From Lingula anatina (taxonomy: Eukaryota; Animalia; Brachiopoda): a stretch of 64,000 bases of DNA. A program made the position numbers and the translations under genes. Positions 20,901-36,400 of the stretch are shown here, piece after piece. The stretch spans positions 11,656,001 through 11,720,000 of the forward strand of contig CM120642.1 in NCBI GenBank assembly GCA_051362555.1. The letters run 5' to 3'. The stretch's first letter is position 1. Every line of letters begins with the position of its first letter. Below the pieces are notes generated by a model. The model worked only from the letters and a program-made list of their open reading frames with translations, was not told the DNA's origin and did not search any database.

Positions 20901-23900
20901 TTCATAGATGATCCCCAAACGTTACGTTTTCCTTGTAGGTCCAGCCTCTTGGTTGTGCTCCCCCTCCCTCCCCTCCTCCTCCTCCTCCCTTAAATAAGCA
21001 GCTCTTTCAAACAGCAATAGTCTGCAATAAATGGAAAATTTTGATTCGTCTTATGCACTGCTTTAGGTCTATTGGCTCTATCGACAGAGAAGTTATATAC
21101 CCTGCTTGAATTTATGAGGACGGCAGGCCTATCTATCGATAACACGAATTCATGAGCACGTACAAGTCTTGGGATGCTTGCTTTTCCTGATTTAACCATG
21201 GAAGTTTATCTTGTTGGATAAACTTCATGAAGGAAGTGGATTCTGCCGATGCGTTTTCTAGATCTCCTCTAACACAATGGATGAATTCCATCCATACACT
21301 TGTGCATTCCGGTATATAAAAATCTAGCGGTCAAGTCTGTTACCAGCGGTCAAGTATGTTACCGCACGGTAACCGTAACTCCTTGAGGCAATTACGAAGA
21401 CATGTTGTCTACTATCGCAATGATAAAAAACTCCAAATCACCCAAATCCGACGGATTTTTGAACCCGAGCTGTTTTTTAGCCAAAAGAATCATTCCTGTC
21501 AGTTTCGGAGAAAGCAATGCAGTTTTTCTTGTGTTAACGAGTAAAGTGCACCATGATGTCGACAACATTATGCACTAAGATATAACAAACACGGGAATTA
21601 ATTTCCTCATGTAAACTTTTAGTATTGTTAAATAAAATCGTAATACAACAAACAAAAGAAGAAAAGAAACAACAATGTTACGTATTTGTCTCCATTTTTT
21701 TAATTTTCTTATATTATTATTTTTTTAAATTTTGCCATGGAATAGAAAGTTCATTGATGTCTGCATTATACTTTTCGAGGGATTCAACGTTAAAACCCCC
21801 AATTCTAAATAACACCGTTTCGAGTAGTGAGTGAAAGTCTGAAGTTCTTAACTCCTGAATTCAATCTATAATACCGATTTCAAAAGAGCTATATCCTTCA
21901 ACGAATACTAAAGTAACAATTATACCGGTATCTCGTAAATAGCAAAGATCTAACAACCGTACATATTTACGGCACACGCCTTAAATATTTTCTTATTCAA
22001 TTTCAAAACCTTATAAAAATTTGAAACTAGTAGCCTGTTTGTTTATCAAAATATAAACATTCGTTGTTAACAATGATTTGTAAATTTAGATAGACTAGCC
22101 TTTTGAGGAAGGGGGCTTTTGAGTAGAATGCCCAGCATAAGAGCAATATACAATTTCAAATAAAGCAATTTCGTATCATCTATATTATGCAAAAATCTAA
22201 TCAAACAAACATGAACTTTGGAATTTCATTTCAATCACCCAACAAAAATACGAATTCATTAGCAAATTTGTCACACTTATCCTTACATAATCACCCACTG
22301 TTACTTTAGAAGCACTTAAAAAAGAATAGGAGTGAGCGATCTCCACGTCCTTGAAAAAGAAATAAGAAAATAACAATGCTGAAATAACATCACGAAATAA
22401 CAGTGAAAATGACGTGCATGTCGCGATGCAATGGTAACAATAATGGCATAAGGATATCAATGGCAAATGACAGTTGCAATGCTATATGACGATTGATTCT
22501 AAACAACTGAAATCTATACATTTTACAATGGCAAAAAAATTTGTTTTAAAAAAATGACTAAATGTGTTCATACAAACAAAGTGCACAAGGAGAGAAACAT
22601 CGAGTATAACTTATTTCTGACACGATCTACACCAACTTATAAGGTTAATGAAAACAAACTTGGAAAGTAGATTATGGATATATCAGACATACATTTCTTT
22701 TTTCTAAAATAAAGAGTACAAAATATACTTAGGATTAAGAGAGATCTAATCCCCATTAGAATAATACATTCATTAGACCAACAAAATGACTTGAAAACAA
22801 AGGACAGCGAGTTTAACTTAGTGAACAACTCTCACAAATACAATGAAAAGTCTTTGCATTGTTGAATCTCTCCACTCATCGAAATTGGACCTTTAAACTT
22901 AGAATAAACACTATCTGGATATGTGAGAAACGTGCTCAAGGAAATAAATGCGAGTTAATACTAAAAGTATCAGAATTCACAAATAATTGGTCAAACTTAA
23001 TACAAAGAAGTAACAATGTAGCTACATGGGATAATAAAGCCTCTTTTTCTCTCTTTTTTTTTTTTTTTAATGTGGCCTCTGGAGTATCACAGTCACACTT
23101 GCATGGCACTACGGAGCATACTCCAGTCAATCGTCTGCTTCTTAAAAATGCTCCATCATTTATACTATCTTATAAGACTACGATTTTTTTATCATGCCGA
23201 ACTTCTCCTGACTGTGAAAGTAATATATCGAGGACAATTTCTAGAAAAAATATTCAATGTGCAAAACAGGGCCAAATTCATTTAATTTTCAATTTGAAGT
23301 GAGAAAAATAAGATTTTACTGAATTACATTTTGCACAGCAATGTCAGCTTCCATCCCCCACAGAGTTTTAACTCCGAAAATCCCCCCTGATTCATTGTGA
23401 TGATGGAGCATCTTTAAGACTAGACAGCTCATACACAGCTCACGTAAGACCAGACCATAAGTGACTAATGCTTAGCTATATGTAACTGCCTAAACTGTGT
23501 TACCATGGCAGTGACTGTTTGGATACTGAATGAATGTTCGTATACAATATCATGTTCAATATAAATTGAGCAAATATTAGTATGAGGCATCTCAGGGCTG
23601 TTGATATACACATCACCCTGTAAAACACAGGTATCCGATGCTTGGATAAGTGCACCGCTTGAAGGGCAGTACATCAAGCAATCCGCTGTGTACTCAGGGT
23701 GTGGTGCACACAATCAGCCCCTAGTTACCTATTCAATAATGGTATTTTCTAACAATCGTTATCTCCAATCAAGCTTGATTACACGAAGTTAGTTACTTAA
23801 CATTTGCTTTTGTTGTGTGTGTCTCAATTTTACTCAGCTGTGGAGCAGTAGAAAGAGCTTTGAAACTTTAGGGCTAATGATGGCCAGGCAGCCACCTCTA

Positions 23901-24043
23901 CAGCACAGCACAGCACCCTGCTGCCCTCACCGGTAGAACAAAACTCTTCAGCGCTGCACCCCATTTCTTTAAGTCCTCTCAACCTTTGAGCAGCCATGAA
24001 CCTCTGAATACAAATACAAACATGATCTCATTAGCTGGTCCCC

Positions 24044-24377
24044 TCATACATTCAATTTGATTTCAGATTCGTGCATCAAACAGTCCATTTCGATTGCGCT
24101 CTTTTCATCCCTGTCACAGTCACTGCTCCCACTATTGCTTTCCTCGTCGTTTATTCCCGTGCTTAGGGAGCTACACGTGGAAAGGTCTTTCACCATACGA
24201 CTCCTCTCTGCGGGAGGCAGTGTTAAGAGGTACCTCTTTCTGTGGGATAACACAGCTGGTCCCCACTCTGGGGCAGGTCGGACTAGCTTCTTCACACGCT
24301 AAAATTAGATAGGGAAGAATTAGCCATCATATGTTATCTTCTCATAAATAAAAAAGATCAACATATTCAACATACCA

Positions 24378-24452
<75 letters not shown>

Positions 24453-27400
24453 CTTTCATATTTCTTCCAATATTTATCTCTCTACAACACTGTCCCAACA
24501 AACAATGTTTTTTTTGTTTGTTTTTTTGTTTTTTTAATGCATAGTTGTAAATTTCTCACCACTAGATGTATACATACCTCTACAAAAGAACCTTCCTCCC
24601 TCAAAATCTTAACAATCATGACAATTGGTACTGGCACCATGGAAATGGATGCCATCACCCAGCCTAGCCCAACGGCCCATTCAGGATAGACAACATCGCC
24701 ATAGGTGACAGGAGTGTGCATGGCCAAGCTGGCGATTAGGATGAACTGAAAGGTAGAGACACATATGAGATTAGTGTGGAGAAAAAAATGTAGAAAGTAC
24801 AAGAAGGAGCTTTGTTTAATTTGAACTTAATTCTAATACACATGCCAGAACATGAATTTGTTCAAAACCAACCAATTCAAAATAAAAATGCTAAAAGGTG
24901 CGATGAATTCAAGTCAGAAAGCTATCTCATGAAAAAGTTGCAAAAACGTTTGAGATCTCGAAAACATAAATTGTTTTTTAAAAAGTGTTTAAAATTTGTA
25001 AATCATTACCACAAACAAAAAAGGCAGATCTGTTAAGTTGTTTAAAAAATGCTACATACCACAATCACCAAAGGAGTGACGTAACACCAGGCATACTTGT
25101 ATACAATTGGAGGTTTGTACCCAATCATCAGCTCAATGTCCTTGTAAAAACGATCCACACCTGGGGAGAGGCAATAATAACTATGTGTAAACAAGTCATC
25201 ATTCAAGAAAATTCAGCAACTCTGGCCAATAACCATTTAAAAAATGGCAGAATAAATTTTTTAAAGAGATTTAGAATTATAGAACCTTAGAAATAAAAAT
25301 AATTTTTATTTTTACCGTAAATCCAGGCAATGACCATGCATTCCAAGAAGGAGAGGATCATCAGGGAGAATGTGGCGCAGTACCAGTCCATGATTTGTAG
25401 AATGTAGATGCCACCCTGAAGATAACAAAACATTAGAACATTAACACACACACGATCTTGGTTCACTCTTACCCCATAACTGTGAGCAAACCAAGGTTAA
25501 GACAACACTTACAGATAGCAAAATGAGTTGAAAGAGGCAATCATAACTAGCCTCATAGTACAGTGAAAATGAATTCAATCTAAATGCCAGTGGTCAAAAA
25601 TCCATTGATATAGGTGGCATATACATGTGCACAGTACACTCTCCCCCCCCCCCCCCCCCCCCCCATCCCATCCTCTATAAACCTACTGGAACATGACTAC
25701 CCACTCAAATTATAATTCAAATTACATCTTAATAAAAATGGAAATAGTTAAGAAACAGACTTACCTGCATGACAAGTGGTATGCCAATCAGGAATTCTAC
25801 AACGCACATCACAGCCGTGAACAGCATCTTTCTCTTACGCAGAAGTTTTGGGAACTCGTCAAGAAAAGCACTGGTCATGGTTTCAAACATCCCAAACTAC
25901 AAAAATACAAAGCAGAGAATAAGCAGGGATATCGTTATAAAGGGTGCATTTACATTTGAAATGCACAGCAAATATCGAACCTTAAAAGAACAGGCAGGAG
26001 CCAGGAGTTGCATTTTTCTTATTATAATCAGTTAACCATGATCTTTGAGGTTTATGACAAGCGTTCTCAAATTTAGGGTGCATGAGCCCATTATTGATTT
26101 ACATGTTCCACGGGAAAAGTTCCCAACTCCACTTCATGACAGTTCTTTTAAAGTTTGATCTTATACTTATCGTCGAAAATTTGCACATTCTAATCGAAAG
26201 GTTAAGACTTAAGGCAAAAACAAAATTTTGTTAATAATTTACTTTAATTTATTAGATCAACTGTGAAAGAGATTTAACGATGTGCAAATTTTCTCTACTT
26301 TACTTCTACTCACAAGTATCATAGGACCTAATCAGGAGCAAATCCAAACAAATTTAGAAATTTTTTGGTTATTTAATGGCCAGAGATTTCAGTTTAAGAA
26401 CAGAGTTTGAGATTTCAAAATCCATCCAATTATACTTGTGAGTGACATATCAAATGCATATAAATAAATATCTTAATATAATAACAGATGCATTATGCAG
26501 TAAGGCAAAAATGTAGCTCTGTTGTTCCGTGTAAGCAGGGGTAAAATTCTTGTTTTTAATGTGACCACAGTTTCATTGTAGCAAAGTCCACATTTTAGAT
26601 TTTACCCAGTCAAAACTGGTTCATTACCATTCCCTTCCCTACCCATACGTTTCTATATACATATCCAAGCACATTAAAGTTTAATGTGAAGAAACTTTAC
26701 CTCAAATCAACTGTGTCACTATTATTTTGCCAAAGTGCACCCTGAACTTAGTGCTATTCTCTTCCACCAAATAAAATGTCCTATTCACATTGTAGCAGCG
26801 GCAAAATGAAACGATTGCATAGACAGCATTCTATTTCGATTCTTTTGCTTTTTTGTAGAAGGATGAACAAGATGCATTCTTGATATGGCACAATTTGTTT
26901 TCAGTATGTCTATAATATCTTAGGATATTTACTCAAAAAATGTAAGCAAGATAATATTTTCAAAAACCTGTCATCAAAAGGCACATGTCAGAACTGAAAT
27001 TAAAAATCTATTTCTTTCTTTTTTTTTTTTTTTTGAAAAATGCCAACCAGAATTTCACACCAAGTTAATCTCCCTTCAAAATGCTAACTTCATATCAGTG
27101 AACTGTCCATGAGCAATTTTCCCTGCTACACGTAAAAACAGACCACATACAAAAATGCTGCATTTTTGCCTCGACTGCACACATACTTTAAAGCATGACA
27201 AAATGCAGCGAGGATTACAAGTTTAACTTAGAGTCAGTCACATTACTTTGGTTGTTGCCGCCGACGAGACTCTTGAGGCAGCCCCCACAACACATCATCC
27301 GCTGGGGTGGAAAAAACACATTTAAGTCGCGATGAAATAAAGCTGACAGAGCATCTCACGATTGCAAATCATCAACTGGAAAAAAATACTCAAATTTCTC

Positions 27401-30400
27401 ATCCAAAATGGGTATGCCGCAACAGAAACATAATGCATGAATCATATCATGCCTCAACATGAATTATTTTCAGTGCTGTCTGCACAAAATGTGATTTTTC
27501 AGAAATCTGACTGATGATTAATACCCTGAATATTTAGGACAATGGATACTCTGTCAGTTTACCCTAGCACATCCCATGGCTCTAAATGTTTATATGATAC
27601 ATCTCTAACACATCCAACACAATGTTATCACAAAATGCCTGATACCTTTCCTTTAAGTTCTTTACAATGACTCTTGCCAACCTCAAAGAAAATCAATATT
27701 TTTAGGCAATTACAAAGCCATGCGTCAACGTCTTCAACGTATTGCTCTGCTGAAGATTCTTTCTAGCTCTGCATAATATTGATTCCATGAAAGAAGTAAT
27801 GAAATACTCATCTACAAAATTGCCAGTCTGTAGTATGAAAAAATCAATACAGATGTCAAAACTACACCATTTACAAAAGCTTCTTTCCAATATGACAAAA
27901 ACATGGGTAAAGTAGTCTTCGGTAAAGCAAAATTACAAAAAAAATTTTTTTTTTTAATTCAGTTTTAGCACTAGCAGCCATGTGTTACACAACAAAGGAA
28001 AAATCTACTGCATATCATCAAGGTTGTGGTTGACGTGTCAGCATAATAAATTATGTGTGCAGATTTCCTGTGGAAATTTCCATCATGATCATACATTATT
28101 GGATTAAACATGACTAGCAGATGACGCATGATTACAGCAGTGGGAATAGCTTTAAAATGTTTATCAGGAAATGCACTTTACCTTACCTTGATCTGCTACA
28201 ATTTCATATTCAGTAAAAATATTAGTCAACCACGTTAACACATAAATTTGCCAAATCTTGGTGTCTTTGAGTAAAAAAAAAAAAAAACAGCAAGACATAA
28301 AATTATGTCTAACACAATAGTAGCTAATTTCAAAAGTAAAAAATATCCTTCAAATTATGTCTCAGAGAAAAAATGACATGCAAATCTTACTTTAACACAA
28401 TACTAGTAAATTATATTTTACATGTATATAAAGGGGAAAAATACACATTTGCACAAAAAAAATGAGTACAGAACTCTTACATATTATCATCAAAAAGGTA
28501 GGGCTATTAAAAAAAAATCACAGATATACCAGCATCTGCTTTACAAAAAACATGGTAGAAAAATATCTACACAAAAATATAACCAGACTCCATTACATGT
28601 GATTAATAGTTTGCTGATAAGGCATTACCTTTGTTTAAATGTGAGCCACAGGATGTTTAGTCTTCATTTTATCTGATGGTTGGAAAGCAGGACATAAAGT
28701 TATATGATACAAAAGTGATTGTATCGTATATAACAGTATCCAGAAACTTTCATCCCTCAAGATAGAAATCAGACAAGCTAAAGAGTAATAAACCTGCTTC
28801 TTCAATGAATATAAAACCATAAGTTGATGAAATTTGATATTACAGGTTCATACAACTACATTATTCATGATATAGAGGCACCATATGATATCAGTGGATA
28901 AAATATTTCAAGATATGGTTTTGATAGCGATATTTTCAGCATATTTTGGACACTGCTGTCAAATAGAGTCTGCTGAATATAAAAATCCACTTCTGTTTGA
29001 ACCAAAATACAAAAACTATGGTTTCTTTTGCATTTTATTATAAAAATGGAAACTTCCAAATTGGGGAAATTTTTGGCACTGATATCATATGGATTTCCTT
29101 TTTGAAGAATGTGATAAAATGCCACAGAATCACTCCTCTCATTCCTATATACAGCACTTTCTCTTTCACATTCACAAATGAAAATGGCACAAGAATCTAG
29201 CAAACAGCAGTCACATTCAGTGTAACCAAATCTTTGAATCATTGAATTTTTCTTTGAATGTCTTTCAAGCATAAAAAAGTGTATCCAAATATTAAATGAT
29301 TTTTTTAAAAAATAATTTCTAAAAAAAAAAAAAACATACTGTATTATTTTAATACAATACAGCACCTATAACCCAAAGCAAAAGCTCAATTTTGACTTTA
29401 AAATATCAATCAATTTCATTAAAAAATAGCACAAAGCAATTAAACATACACCTTACTTTTATACTATAACTTTTATAATATATACTAAAAACAGCCATAT
29501 TCATATCATCATTATTCCATTCACACTCATCACATGACACTTAAAAAGCAACCACACAACAGTCCCTCTCTTACTTCACATGCATGGTATATAAAATCAA
29601 AATGTGCATAAATTTTATATGAGCCACCATTCCTAACCATTCTACACAGATATAGGTGTCAGCACAGAGAGCGAAATGGTCACAAAACTGGTAGCTTCTG
29701 GCGAGTTTAATAGTATACACCCAAAATATTTAATGGAAAGAGCTCAGACCACAGAACTGCACTGGTAATACCTTATTTTTGTATCCTATCTATGGGATGA
29801 TGAGAACTTTCTACTGGTCATGATAGACCGACTCCATTTAACTACCCTCTCTGTACCAGGTGGCACCAGATCCACTCCTTGCAATTCCACTGTCGCACCT
29901 TCTATTTCACACAATTGTGCTCCACGTTTTTTCTTACATTTCTTCCATACTGCAACATCCCATCACCTTCAGTGGGAAGACCGGGGGGCATCTTTTTTTT
30001 TTTCTTTTTACATACACATTTTTCTGCCCTACAAACATTCATTCTCAGCCTATTCATATCAACACATGATGGATTTGCTTTAACCTTTCACAATGCATAC
30101 CACTTGGCTACAGCCATTCAAAAGCCTAGGTTCTTTCTGCATCATAATGCTCATGAATAAAATTTTTCTTGTGCAAGAGAGAAAAATCTAACTGAAGTAC
30201 TATTGTTAAACAGTTTAAAGGCTTTTTAAATCCCAGATGTACACTAGACAAGTAGATCATGTGAACAAGCCACCTCAGAATGATTTCTAGGGCAGATTCT
30301 TAAACTAAATGCTCCAAAACACAGAATGTTATGATAATGTGCAGCTGTGATCTGAGATCTTTTTTTTTTTTTTCATAATGATAATCTCTACCAAGTTGTA

Positions 30401-33400
30401 ATGTTTGTCCATGGCAGTTAAATGACAAGTGACCATTTCAGACACCTCAAGTGTGACCAATACACCTGTGAAGAACAGTACACTGAGTCATGCACGATAG
30501 TTGTACAGAAAACCAACTGTATGCCCAACATAAGCAGCCACTACTCGTTTCCAAGAAACAGCTAATGGAATCAATATTATCAGCATGAGGGTACCACGAT
30601 TCACAAGCTTTTTCAGGTTGCTTTTCACAAAGAGAATGTATTACCCAATTTTAATGAGCAAGCAAATAATTAATTGGAGATCTCTCTCAGATGCAGCTTT
30701 TAATATACCAGTTGGCAATTTTAGAGCTGCTGCTTATGCCGATTTGCACACAAATATATTTGTTGTTGTTTGTACATTTTCTGCATTGACCCAAGGTTCA
30801 ACAAGATTAAGATTACATGTTGTATAAGTATCACAGAGCTGCTCTTTTCTTAAATGCAAGACAAAACTCACACCCAGTTTATAAAGCACAAAGGGGAAAT
30901 TTTAATCATGAATTAAATTTCTTGTAAATGCTGGGTTATTGTCATTTATCAGAACTATCTTTGCAGAGGCCAAATGAAATGGGAGGGGAAATTTTGCTGT
31001 GAAGAAAGTGAAAATAACCATGTTTAAATATCAGAAACTGAAGTATCACTTTTCTTTTTACGTCCTAATTAGAAAAACAAAATGTTTTTGCCATTTATTT
31101 TTCTTTCAAAAAGACAACAATGATATTTCAATTTTGAAATCCTGCACTGTGTAGGGCAGCTCTGCTGTATAAAAGCTGGACTGACATGCCAATTTCATAC
31201 TAAAATTAGCTTGCTCTATTATCTGGGAAGACAATGATATTGACGTCAAATCATCGATCTCCAAAGAAAGAGAATATAAAGTATTTAGTATTTGTTCTGC
31301 TTAATGTAAAAATAAATGTTGGTCAGTCCCACACAGCAGAGACATCTTATTTCAGTAAATTTACACTATGTATGTTTCAGGATATTTCTTAACATGTTTC
31401 AGGATATATATTTTGTTAAAAATATCATTCTCTTTTACCCCATGATAATAAGAGCAACAAAAATTGTCAGTCCTGCGAGATACACTTCGCAATATTGTGA
31501 AGTGATGTCGCCATGGAAACCATTTTACCTGACTGTCAAGACCAATGGTGAACAACATGAGAAAGAAGAGAACCGCCCACAGTGGAGAGATTGGCAGTTT
31601 AGCCAGAGCTTCAGGGTAAACCACAAACACAAGGCCTGGACCTAAAACAGAAAGGAAGATTAGGATAAAATTAAAGGGCCTCCAAAATATACTTACACAA
31701 CTTTGACAGCTATAAACCTTTATAAAACTTTCAAAGAATGGATATCAAAGAAATCTTATTAAAATTGGTTATGATTTACAAATGAGCCAAAACACGCAGA
31801 GATTCATGGTAAAAATGATTACCTACCTTGTGTGACCACATCTTTGATATCTTGGCCAGTCTCGTGAGCCATGAAGCCAACGATGGAGAAGATTACAAAT
31901 CCAGCGAAGATGCTAGTACCACAGTTAATGGCAGGAACAATCAAAGCATCTCTGAAAGTAAAAAAAAGGGATCTTTTGCTCAAGCATACATTATTTTCCT
32001 TTTTGTGAAAATTAAAATGGTACAACATATTTAAAAAAAGAACAAGATTTGAAAAATGCGCAAAATATTTCAAATATATAAAACACACTCATATTATTTA
32101 ATAATTCTGTAAGCCACAAAGAGTTGGATAAATACATAGGCATAGAGAAAATATAAAAAATCCCAATGATAAAAGAGAATAGATGGATATTAAAAATCAA
32201 GATAAAATTCTTTTACACTTATTGAAAAAAAATAAAAGAAAGAGTTACAAAATTTAAAAACTTAACCGGTAAGCTTTGAAACTCATGTGTCGTATATATA
32301 TAAAATGCAGTCTTAACTTCATGGTGTATACATGTGAATAATTCACTTTCTGTCAGTTTGCACATGCTGGTAGGTTTTACTCAAGCATTCATTTGCTACA
32401 ATGCAAGCTAAGGGTATGGGAACCAGATTTACAAGAAAAAGAAAAACTGACTCTGATGAAACAAAAAGCATTGCCTTGTGGAAAATTTTTCATCACTTGT
32501 TGATGTTAATACTATCAGAGTTAAATGCCATGGTTAATATTTTCCGCTCCTTTTGTCCTTATGTTAAAGACAACATTTTGAGTGCCAGGGTAAAATTCTT
32601 TGAATATTTTATTTACATTTACGTCCTGAATAGTAGATCTTTCAAACATATCAGTCCCGCATTCTGCATCAATAATGGCATGTTCGGCTCAGGTGAAGCT
32701 TAGCTGTGGTATTTAAAATGTCCCGCATTCACATCAAGTCCCCAAGGGGGCATTAAACAGCACTCTACCCATTTTTTTAGCAACAGCAGCGATATTTGAT
32801 GCCAAACATAACTGCCCTTCTATTGACAGCAGACTGAGAGGAATATCATGTTTAAGTCACAGATATGTTTACTGGACACCTCTGTGACAAAATTCAAAAA
32901 AGTTTTGTGAAATGATATTTCTTAATCTTCCATTTGATATTTCATTTGTGTATCAAGTACTTTATTAAAAATAAAATATCCCTGAACTTACTTCTATTCC
33001 AATTGTCAATTTTACTTTTTTTCGTTGATTCACCCCCCTCCCTAAAAAAAGTCTACTAATGCATCAAATCTGATTTTTCAGCACTAATTCAACTGTTATG
33101 GCTTCAGATTCTCTGCTGTGGCAGAATTAACAGATTACAAAAACATTACATAAGTTTATATAAACTTAATCTACACTGCATCAAGTCAAGTCACGTAGTA
33201 TACCAAAATACACCACACGAAATTGCACCTTGGTCTTTTCATAACTTAACCTCATCAAACTTTGTTTTATGTGTTCAGCAGTCTGCAAATAAATTTGATA
33301 GCTAACTTCTCACAAGACATTAACAATATCAGAGTAGTTTTTGTTTTATTGTGTTAACCTTTAAGCTGTGTCTATTTTGGGTTGTCTTTCATATACTCTT

Positions 33401-36400
33401 GCATGTCAAAGGCGCGCAGTTGCAAAAATATTCACCCCTCAGAGGCAGCAGAAGAAGCCGAGGCAACTAATCAATATAGTCTGCATGGTATCAAGCTAAC
33501 CACAGAAATCCAATACAGGCTTCCCAGAGGCAACTAATGGCAGACTGTTTTCCTAATAAAGGTTGCTGAACACTGTGAGCTAGCTAGCTATCTTCCATGG
33601 TCAGATGGAGTACATCTGGTATGTGCAGACAGTGCATTTCAGACATATCTACATGTGTTTTGACATTGTTATATTATGCACTGCGCAGCAAAACAAAACT
33701 TGACAGTCAGTAATAAATGACCTACAGGAACGATTTCCAAAAGGATCCTACAGGAAATTTCCATAAGGGATACGGGATGTTTAAATCTAAAACTTTTTAA
33801 AGCATCATATCATCATTAATGTACTGAAGGTAGAAAAAAAGCTGCAAGCTAAGTATGAAATAAATCTACAACTGCTGACATAAAATATGAAATTCCACAA
33901 AAATGCCGATAATTATTAACCAATTACCTAGATGAGAAGGGTATCTAGTGGGGGGGACTGAAAGGCTGACACTGTTCAGTGCCATCTCAAGTTGTAACTT
34001 GTATGGTATACTCGTCTCTTCACTTACTAAGTAATCTAATGTCAGGTTTTTAATTATTTTCATAGAGGCTTAGTACAAAGATTTAGTCCTATAAGCAGCT
34101 TAGAAGCCATACATATATAGCATCTTAATAAGATACTGGTTGAAAAACATGCAAGAAGCACTGCAAAGTTAAGACATCCGCTCTCACTAAAAATCTAGTG
34201 CTCTTTACATGGAAATAACGAATTTGAGAGACATCTTTCGGGGCCATGTTTCTTCAAAGATTTAGCTAAAGGAGACACTAATTTCAGGTCTTTCCAAACA
34301 GCAGTGTCTAACATGCAGGTAATTTTATTTAAAAAAAAACAAAAACAAAAAAGCATTATGATAAGCACTGCACTGAAAAAAATCTACAAAACAAACTTAA
34401 TCAAAATCTAACAAATTTTCCTTAAGTTGTTGAAATAAATTTCATACATTTAATTTCTTTTTTACATCATGACAGTGAATGATATATTTACCTGAAGCAG
34501 TTGTTGTTGAACTTGTTGTAACTAGACATAGTGATGAGAGCACCCCAGGCTGCACCCACAGAGTAGAAAATCTGAGCTGCAGCTTCTGCCCACACCTGAA
34601 ACATGAAAGGCAAGAATTCTCTTTAATAGGTAAAATTGTGAAACTACAACATTTGGAGAACTTGGCAGGTTTTTTTTTTAATAACCAAAAGAACAGTACA
34701 GTATTTGTCTGTTAAATTTAAACACATTGCTTCTTTTTTCTGAGATTGTAGCAGTGGTGAGTAATGGGAGGGAGGGGGGGGTACATTTTTAGTAATGTGT
34801 ACAATGTTAAATGTACAGAAGTATTCAGCAAAACTGCAGACAAAATGAAACCCATTTTTCTTACTAATTCTATCAAGCTTAAGACAGCCAAATATAATTT
34901 TGTAAATGGGAATGATTAAATGCAGATAGGCATGCTATTCAGCTTACAAGGCAATTTTTCTCAAGCAGTGTTTTTCCTAGCACAATATCTTGACAAAGGA
35001 AGGTCACCTTCACCATATTGTAATCAACAGTATTTTCCTTTGTTTCCTTTTCCAGACAGATGTACTGGAGAGCTGCTTATTGAAAGCTTCCAAGAAAAAA
35101 ATCCGTGTACATGCATTAGATATTCCATCATGCAGGCAACCTCGTGCTATATTGATTATTTGTCTCAGCGATGAATAATGGGAGTTTAGCAGATTGCAAA
35201 TTTTGAGGAATTAGTCATTGCGTGCTGGTTTGGAGCTGCGCCTGTCTAATCCAGCCAGGGAGTAATTACCCATCAAGCACATAACTAACAGAATCTTGTT
35301 ACTCAGAAACCCAAAATCATAAAACCTTGGGAACCTTATGAACAATTTCCGTAAATGATCATACTGCATGCAACACGTGCTTGAACCTGTCAACAGAGGT
35401 GCTATAGAAAATGGACCAAGTATGAACAACATGATGGACGTTGCTGTTTGATTTTCCACCGATTTTCCACACAATTTGAGATAATTTGGAGAAACATGTT
35501 GGTTCTGCACTGTAATCTATTATCATATTTTGGGCAGAAATGTTTTGTTGCTAAATACATTCAGAACAGGAAATTGAAAAGCTGGATGGTTTTGAATTGC
35601 ACTGAAATCAGAACTGTTCCGAGAACTTGAAGACCTGTCTAAGTACCAAGGATGGGTCTAGCACTGATGCAAATATTTGTACTGAAATAACTCATAGTCT
35701 GAGTAAGAATGCCTTTGCATTTGAACCTACACTGGCATTCAAAACAACTGCTATATTTTTTATGCACTGAAGTACCTTAACCAAATTTAATTTAGACTCT
35801 AGGCAGCTTAATCTCAGAAATAACACGTCACAGGTAATTTTTTTTAAAAAAATGTGTGTGCATGTGTGCATTGTGATTTTACAAAAATACTTTCTATGAA
35901 AATGGAACCAGTGAATTTCCTTGTGACCTTTCTTAACTCGAGCAACTCTGTAAACGAATGCCTCTAATCTATAATTTATTCTTCAACGTAGCACATTTAA
36001 CCTTCCACATAGCACCCTCAAATGTGGTGTGCATGAGAACTACTGCTATATTTTCAGACATTTTAATGCAATGGCCTATCTTAAGTATGTAATCTAAGAT
36101 AATTATGGCTTTGGTAAAAGTAATTCATTTCTTTGTTATTCATGAAACAGCAAAGAAAAATCAAAAAGCAGCTAAATTTCAATTGATGACACAGCCACAA
36201 GCACCAAAAGTGCATTTTTGACGTTCATCTAAAATTCAGAATCCACAAGTCTCATCTCTGCTCCTAGCATAAAAGCTGAGTTGACAGTAAAGACAACATT
36301 TTCAAAAATAATTTTCTTGAAAATGACATGCCCTTTAAATAGTGGCATGTACATGTTGTTCTTTAAAAATACAAAAAGGTTATATAAGCTATTCCAATCA

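Noticed and set aside
28865-29365. 166-aa minus-strand ORF in SLC6 intron
   Set aside because: Low-complexity AT-driven composition, no similarity to SLC6 exons or known domains.
29787-29962. Open frame [22 protein letters not shown]... on minus strand
   Set aside because: No start codon, and the nearby acceptor is in the wrong phase for the upstream SLC6 exon.
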